DNA of 64,000 nucleotides from a virus (Duplodnaviria; Heunggongvirae; Uroviricota; Caudoviricetes): IMG/VR virus record IMGVR_UViG_3300037067_007156, positions 1 to 64,000 of that record; one strand, 5' to 3'. Shown piece by piece: positions 58,640 to 64,000 of this stretch (position 1 is its first letter; each line of letters starts with the position of its first letter). The notes under the pieces were generated by a model. It saw only the letters and a program-made list of their open reading frames with translations, ran no database searches and was not told where the DNA came from. The position numbers and the translations under genes were made by a program.

Positions 58640-60169
58640 TTAAATTGATTTATAAACTGTATACCCAGAATCATATAAGGATAAATAGTTATCCTTATAT
58701 TCTTTTGTCTTAAATATATCATGTTTATCGATGTACCATATTTGTGGTTTTATATTTTGATACATTTTTAATTCATTACAATTAAATAATGGATAATTAT
58801 TATCACTTATAATAAAATCATCATATTTAAATAATTTATTCATTTTTAATAAAAGTTCCAGTTGAATATTACCTTCTTTTATTAACTGTAAAATGAATTT
58901 TTTGATTTCTTTTTCATATAAAAATAAATCATCTTCGAATATTTGTATTAACATAATATTATATTCTTTACACATTTTAAATTTATTATAATGATATTTT
59001 TCATTTTTATATAATGTGGAATGCCAATACAAACCATTAAATTCAATTGCGATATTTTTATCTGGAATATAAATATCCAATTCCATTCTTGGTATAATTT
59101 TTCTACTATTAGTAATATATTCTATATTATTATCTTCTAACCATTCTCTTAAATATCTTTCTTTTATAGAAGAAAAATCATTTATTGGATAACACTCTGT
59201 ACAAAGAGGTGTTTTAAAACGATTTCTATAATACAAATTATTTTTATTAATAACAAAAGATTGATGTTTATGACAATAATTATTTATAGTTACATTTACA
59301 CCATCTACGCAAATATCATCTTCTTTTAAATTTAATAATTTAGAATATTTTGTTTTATATTTAGAAATATTCATTTCTTTCATATTTTCTTTAAACATAT
59401 TAGTTTTAAAGAAAGACGTTTCACCAAAATGTTCTAAAAACGCATTTCGTATTCTATTTTTTCCTTCTTCAGTTTTATTAAAATGGTCAACGTTATATTT
59501 TAATAGATTATTATTTTTAATTTTATTTTTAATTTTATCAAGCTTCATTGGATTATCTACACCATATTTATTTAAACAAGTATTTTTCGATTTTTCTTTA
59601 ATATCATCGAGTTTCATTGGATTGGATACACCATATTTTTCGATAAAACTATTTATAATTTTTTGCTTAATATCATTACTCTTTGTGGGGTGGGATACAC
59701 CATATCTTTCTAAACTTGTTTCTCTAATCTTTTCTTTAAAATCATCACTTTTTGAATAATGTTCAACATTATATTTTTCAAGTAATGTTTTTTTAGACTT
59801 ATTTAATGAATCATCTGTTTGTAAATTGCAAACTGTTCCATATTTAATCAAATTATTATTTTTTGTTAAATTTATTTTATCTAAATCACTATTGGAACAT
59901 TTACTACAACAATATTTAGCATAACCTTTTCCGTTTTTATAATTAAACCTAACTATGTTATGGCAATCAGGATTTAAACATTCTGGAATTTCTTTTAAAT
60001 CATTTACATAATGATATACTCTAACATTAAAATTGATATTTAAATGTTTTGTATATTTTATTATATCATTATAAATATCAGAAATATTTTTCTTTAACCA
60101 ATGCTCATTACACTTTTTACCACTTTTATTATCAAATTTAATAAATTCTATATATTCTTCTTTCTTCAC
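58640..60169 (-). CDS. Putative homing endonuclease (KYGV repeats plus PD-(D/E)XK/Vsr-like domain)
   Basis: Zn finger C..C..YCCSKC; multiple KYGVxNP repeats; ELDIYIPDKNIAIEFNGLYWHS..K..LIQIFEDD. Confidence 0.75.
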   Translation of the reverse strand: MKKEEYIEFIKFDNKSGKKCNEHWLKKNISDIYNDIIKYTKHLNINFNVRVYHYVNDLKEIPECLNPDCHNIVRFNYKNGKGYAKYCCSKCSNSDLDKINLTKNNNLIKYGTVCNLQTDDSLNKSKKTLLEKYNVEHYSKSDDFKEKIRETSLERYGVSHPTKSNDIKQKIINSFIEKYGVSNPMKLDDIKEKSKNTCLNKYGVDNPMKLDKIKNKIKNNNLLKYNVDHFNKTEEGKNRIRNAFLEHFGETSFFKTNMFKENMKEMNISKYKTKYSKLLNLKEDDICVDGVNVTINNYCHKHQSFVINKNNLYYRNRFKTPLCTECYPINDFSSIKERYLREWLEDNNIEYITNSRKIIPRMELDIYIPDKNIAIEFNGLYWHSTLYKNEKYHYNKFKMCKEYNIMLIQIFEDDLFLYEKEIKKFILQLIKEGNIQLELLLKMNKLFKYDDFIISDNNYPLFNCNELKMYQNIKPQIWYIDKHDIFKTKEYKDNYLSLYDSGYTVYKSI

Positions 60170-60301
60170 TCATAAGTATTATTTTTTATAAAATATTTCT
60201 AAACTAAAAGATTTATAGATATCGAAAATCAAAAGCGATTATTTCTTTTTAATTATTTTACACAAACTGAAAACTTCATGTTTTACTTTCAAAAATATAT
60301 A

Positions 60302-60340
60302 AAAACTCTTTAGAATTATATATAAATTCTAAAGAGTTTC
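60302..60340 (-). terminator. Terminator after nrdJ
   Basis: AAACTCTTTAGAATT...AATTCTAAAGAGTTT inverted repeat. Confidence 0.7.
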
Positions 60341-60367
60341 ATCGTTATAATTATCGTAACTATCTGA

Positions 60368-63300
60368 TTATGAGCACTTTGAACTTCCGCAACTCATGCA
60401 TGTCATGCACCCTTCTTTAAATTCTAAATGTTCACTACCACATTCTTGACACACACCTTTTATTTTTTCACCATCTTTAATGTATTTCTTAATAACTCTT
60501 TCAACACCCGCTTTCCAAGTATTTAAATGAGCATCATTTAAATTTAAAGAATTTATTAACCCGTAAACATATGTAAGTGGCATACCATGTCTCAAAACAC
60601 TTGAAATTAATTTTGCATAGTTCCAAAATTCCGGGTTGAATGAATGATTTAATTCTAAATATGTTTTCTTTTCACCATCCACATCAATATATTCCATGTC
60701 ATAACGAGATATTTTCTTACCATCTTCATCATCTATTTTTGTTTTAACAATTTCACACTCTTTAATAGTAGGTGAAAGAGAAGATAATCCATTAACAAGT
60801 TTACCAGTAAAGAGTTCGTAAGGTCTACCATCTAATAAACCAACCACTGCAATCCATTTCTCAGAATCATTCTGAAAACGAATAATATCCGCTTTTAAAC
60901 GTTTCGGTCTCTTAGGTGCATTATGGTCTTTAAACGCATCAAGTTTTTCTTTCTCTTTCTGTTCTTTTTTTGTAATTAATACACCAGAACGAGAACCATC
61001 ACGATAGACCGTCAACCCTTTACAACCACATTTCCAACCAGTTTCATACACTTTGGCTACAATTTCTTCTGTAACATTATTTGGTAAATTCACAGTAACA
61101 GAAATTGAATGGTCAACATGTTTTTGTATTTTTCCCTGCATTTCCACCTTCTCAACCCAATCAACATCATTAGCAGTTGCTTTATAATATGGTGATTGTT
61201 TAACAATTTCATCCAATTGTTCTTTCTTCATATTTTTTACTACATCAATATCAAATCCATTCACTTCAAGCCATGTTTCAAATTTGTGGTGAAAAACTGG
61301 ATATTCTTGCCACACAACTCCTTCATCATCTGTGAAATCAACACGAACATTTTTTTCTTGTGGATTAATTTTACGTCTACGCATATATACTGGAAAAAAA
61401 CATGGTTCAATACCAGATGTGGTCTGAGTCATTAAACTAACTGTTCCTGTTGGAGAAATTGTTAATAATGCAATGTTTCTACGACCATATTTAATCATTT
61501 CAGTATATAATTCTGGGTCTTCTTCTTTTATTCTTAATATAAAGGGGTTGTTCAACTCACGGTTTGAATCGTATATTGGGAATGAACCTCTTTCTTTTGC
61601 CATTATCATAGAAGAACGATACGCTTCTAATTTTAAATTTTTTTGAATTTCTTCAGCAAAGTCAGTGGCGTTTTTTGTACCATATCTCAAATTAAGTGCT
61701 GCTAACATATCACCCTCTCCAGTAATACCAAGACCTGTTCTGCGACCCATCTCAGCTTTTTTCTTAATTTCAACCCAAAGATTTTTTTCATATAATTTTA
61801 TAAATTCATCTTCTGGGTCATTATCTATTTTTTCTAATATCTGGTCAATTTTTTCAAGTTCTAAATCAACAATATCATCCATCATTCTTTCAGCAAGAAT
61901 TACATCTTTTTTAAATAAATCAAAATCAAAATATGCTTCTTTAGTGAATGAATTTTTTACATATCCAAAAAGATTTAATGCTAAAAGCCTACAACTGTCT
62001 GATTTACAAAGAGTTATTTCCCCACATTGACGTGATAACACATTGATGTACTTATGTTTACCACTCTTAGTTTTTTCTTCAAATCCACCTGAGTAAAAAT
62101 TATGAAATTCATCTACTGTTCCATTAAACACATTTTCAACACCATCTAATTCAACTGATAACACTTTATGATTATATAATTCAGCTTCTTCTTTTAATTC
62201 TTTAAAATTATCAAAACCATATTTAGTTTTTAATCTAAAAGGTATATATTGTTTTTTACACTCAGTTTCCCACTCTTTCAATAAAGGTGACCGACCGAAT
62301 TTAAATTTAAAATCAGAAAATATTTTTAATTGTTTCTGTTTATTTTTTTCTGATTTAACTTTAAAAGTTTCATTAATAGTTTCAGTTCTTCTATTATTTG
62401 TATCAGACATTCTATTTACATATAAATTGGAACAAGTATTACTACAAAATGAAATTTCTCTTTGGCGATGTTCAACCCAAAATGGTGTTTCACATTCTTC
62501 ACAAATTTTCTCAACAAAAACTTTATTACCACGTATCTCTGAATTATAACCATTTTCTAACATTTTTTTATATGTCACAACTAATCTTGGGTCTTCATTT
62601 ACAAATTCAATTTTTGATTCTAATGCAGCCCATTTAGACAAAGCTGTTACACCAGAATTAATTTCTTCTATTCTAAATTGTGAAAATGATTGTGGAATAT
62701 TATTTTCTTTTGCGTATAATAACCAATCATTTTTTGAAAATCTTCTGTTCAATTTTTCAGTCAATTTTAATGCATGATTTTTTAAATCATCAGTAGATAT
62801 ATCAATATATAAACGATTAGTAGACCCTTTATGTGAAGCGAAATTATATTTCCATTCATCAGTCATTTTATGATAAGGGTTTTTTTCACCAAACATATTA
62901 TCTTTATGTAAAAAATCGTGGTTTTCTTTAGTCATCATTAATAAATTATCAATACTATTATTTAAACTGTTGTAATCTTTATGATGAATAACATTACCAG
63001 TATCTATTTTAATGTTATTTAACTGTTCATAAATAAATCTATGTTCAGAAATAGTAGATTTAAATTTACCATTATTAATCCAAATATAATCGATACTTTT
63101 AGAATTCGATTTTGGAAATATTTCATCAAATGATGCTTCCCATTTTGTTAGTATATTTAAACTATCACCGTTTACTAAATTTTTAGCTTCTTTAATACTT
63201 CCATCTTTTAAAATAAATTTATGTTCCCCCGTCACTCTCATAGTATGGTTACCTTGAATAGTAACTTTATATATTGGTTGATTAAAACCAGTTATTCTTG

Positions 63301-64000
63301 GATTACGCATAGTTTTTATAACTAATTTACCAGTTTTCTCATCCATAGCATACACAGGTATGTCATTACCTTCAGCAGCTAATTGTTTAATTGGAACATA
63401 ATTTCTACCATCAGCAACAGCAATTAAAGTATCTCCAACAACACAAGGATTTGTCGATACTGTCTCAAACCCCAAATCTGCATAACAATCAGGAATAGAT
63501 TCTCTGATAATGGTATCCCAATATAAAATTCCTGGTTCCGCAGACTTCCAAGCATTAAAAATTATTTTTTTCCATAATCTTTTAGCATCAACATCCTGTT
63601 TCACCATTGGATTTTCACTATCTATTGGAAATTGTTGAGAATATGATGTTTCATTCAACACCGAATTCATAAAATCATCATCAATTTTCACAGATATATT
63701 TGCACCTGAAACCTTACCCCGTTCAAGCTTAGCATCTATAAATTTTTCTACATCTGGGTGTTTAATGGACATTGAAAGGAGGAGTGCTCCCCTTCTCCCA
63801 TCCTGCGCGACTTCACGAGTGGTGTTAGAATATCTTTCCATAAATGGTACAATACCCGTTGAAGTTAATGCACTGTTTTTAACAGGTGAACCAGTTGGTC
63901 TTATGAATGATAGGTCAAAACCCACACCGGCACGTCTTTTCTGAAGTTGCGCTGTTTCTTGGTCAAGTTTAAAAATACCACCATATGAATCAGAATCAAT
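60368..64000 (-). CDS. nrdJ: Class II (B12-dependent) ribonucleotide reductase, intein-containing, 5' end outside the window
   Basis: Frame open to the window edge (DSYGGIFK..QKRRAGVGFDLS); RRGAL, EPGIL, TNP/CGE, GRRTGLG, SPTGT, CKGLTVYRDGSR, C-terminal Zn ribbon. Confidence 0.95.
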   Translation of the reverse strand: MDSDSYGGIFKLDQETAQLQKRRAGVGFDLSFIRPTGSPVKNSALTSTGIVPFMERYSNTTREVAQDGRRGALLLSMSIKHPDVEKFIDAKLERGKVSGANISVKIDDDFMNSVLNETSYSQQFPIDSENPMVKQDVDAKRLWKKIIFNAWKSAEPGILYWDTIIRESIPDCYADLGFETVSTNPCVVGDTLIAVADGRNYVPIKQLAAEGNDIPVYAMDEKTGKLVIKTMRNPRITGFNQPIYKVTIQGNHTMRVTGEHKFILKDGSIKEAKNLVNGDSLNILTKWEASFDEIFPKSNSKSIDYIWINNGKFKSTISEHRFIYEQLNNIKIDTGNVIHHKDYNSLNNSIDNLLMMTKENHDFLHKDNMFGEKNPYHKMTDEWKYNFASHKGSTNRLYIDISTDDLKNHALKLTEKLNRRFSKNDWLLYAKENNIPQSFSQFRIEEINSGVTALSKWAALESKIEFVNEDPRLVVTYKKMLENGYNSEIRGNKVFVEKICEECETPFWVEHRQREISFCSNTCSNLYVNRMSDTNNRRTETINETFKVKSEKNKQKQLKIFSDFKFKFGRSPLLKEWETECKKQYIPFRLKTKYGFDNFKELKEEAELYNHKVLSVELDGVENVFNGTVDEFHNFYSGGFEEKTKSGKHKYINVLSRQCGEITLCKSDSCRLLALNLFGYVKNSFTKEAYFDFDLFKKDVILAERMMDDIVDLELEKIDQILEKIDNDPEDEFIKLYEKNLWVEIKKKAEMGRRTGLGITGEGDMLAALNLRYGTKNATDFAEEIQKNLKLEAYRSSMIMAKERGSFPIYDSNRELNNPFILRIKEEDPELYTEMIKYGRRNIALLTISPTGTVSLMTQTTSGIEPCFFPVYMRRRKINPQEKNVRVDFTDDEGVVWQEYPVFHHKFETWLEVNGFDIDVVKNMKKEQLDEIVKQSPYYKATANDVDWVEKVEMQGKIQKHVDHSISVTVNLPNNVTEEIVAKVYETGWKCGCKGLTVYRDGSRSGVLITKKEQKEKEKLDAFKDHNAPKRPKRLKADIIRFQNDSEKWIAVVGLLDGRPYELFTGKLVNGLSSLSPTIKECEIVKTKIDDEDGKKISRYDMEYIDVDGEKKTYLELNHSFNPEFWNYAKLISSVLRHGMPLTYVYGLINSLNLNDAHLNTWKAGVERVIKKYIKDGEKIKGVCQECGSEHLEFKEGCMTCMSCGSSKCS
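62027..63445 (-). mobile_element. Intein (473 aa) with HNH endonuclease, inserted in the NP|CGE active-site loop
   Basis: Begins CVVGDTLIAV; block B VTGEHKF; HNH EHRFI..IHHKD..NNSIDNL; block F VFNGTVDEFHNF; ends SRQ followed by C. Confidence 0.92.

Noticed and set aside
1120-62637. Many antisense or nested ORFs in the track (e.g. 1120, 2865, 10215, 51010, 61665)
   Set aside because: They are shadows of longer genes with recognisable motifs.
1-64000. Alternative genetic code (TAG or TGA readthrough)
   Set aside because: Recognisable genes are full length under code 11, and TAG ends genes at sensible positions (19380, 38101).

Overview
A very AT-rich, gene-dense 64-kb segment that reads as part of a large (jumbo-type) tailed phage genome in the standard genetic code. 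The host is probably Bacteroidota, based on TAnnTTTG promoters and a Bacteroidota-style NrdJ and hybrid kinase. It carries nucleotide/NAD metabolism genes (GuaC, PurA-like, MazG-NadD fusion, class II RNR with an HNH intein, NAD ligase, Tpt1/KptA, NADAR), host-like accessory genes, putative structural genes, homing endonucleases and a precisely delimited TnpB-only IS200/IS605 element. The standout is three dispersed copies of one cassette: a ~100-aa orphan ORF whose last codons are the first 36-nt repeat of a CRISPR-like mini-array (36-nt repeat, 30-nt spacers), with no cas genes in the window. One spacer matches a gene in this same window at 27/30 nt, with only synonymous or conservative differences, suggesting capture from a closely related phage. 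Other patterns are T4-like capsid-targeting N-termini on about 9 genes, a shared C-terminal R-x-x-K-I-x-x-I/L tag on about 10 proteins, an integron-like attC cassette, an armless tRNA followed by a structured RNA, and a gene broken by an 11-nt triplication. All family assignments are from motif recognition by eye; no database searches were run.
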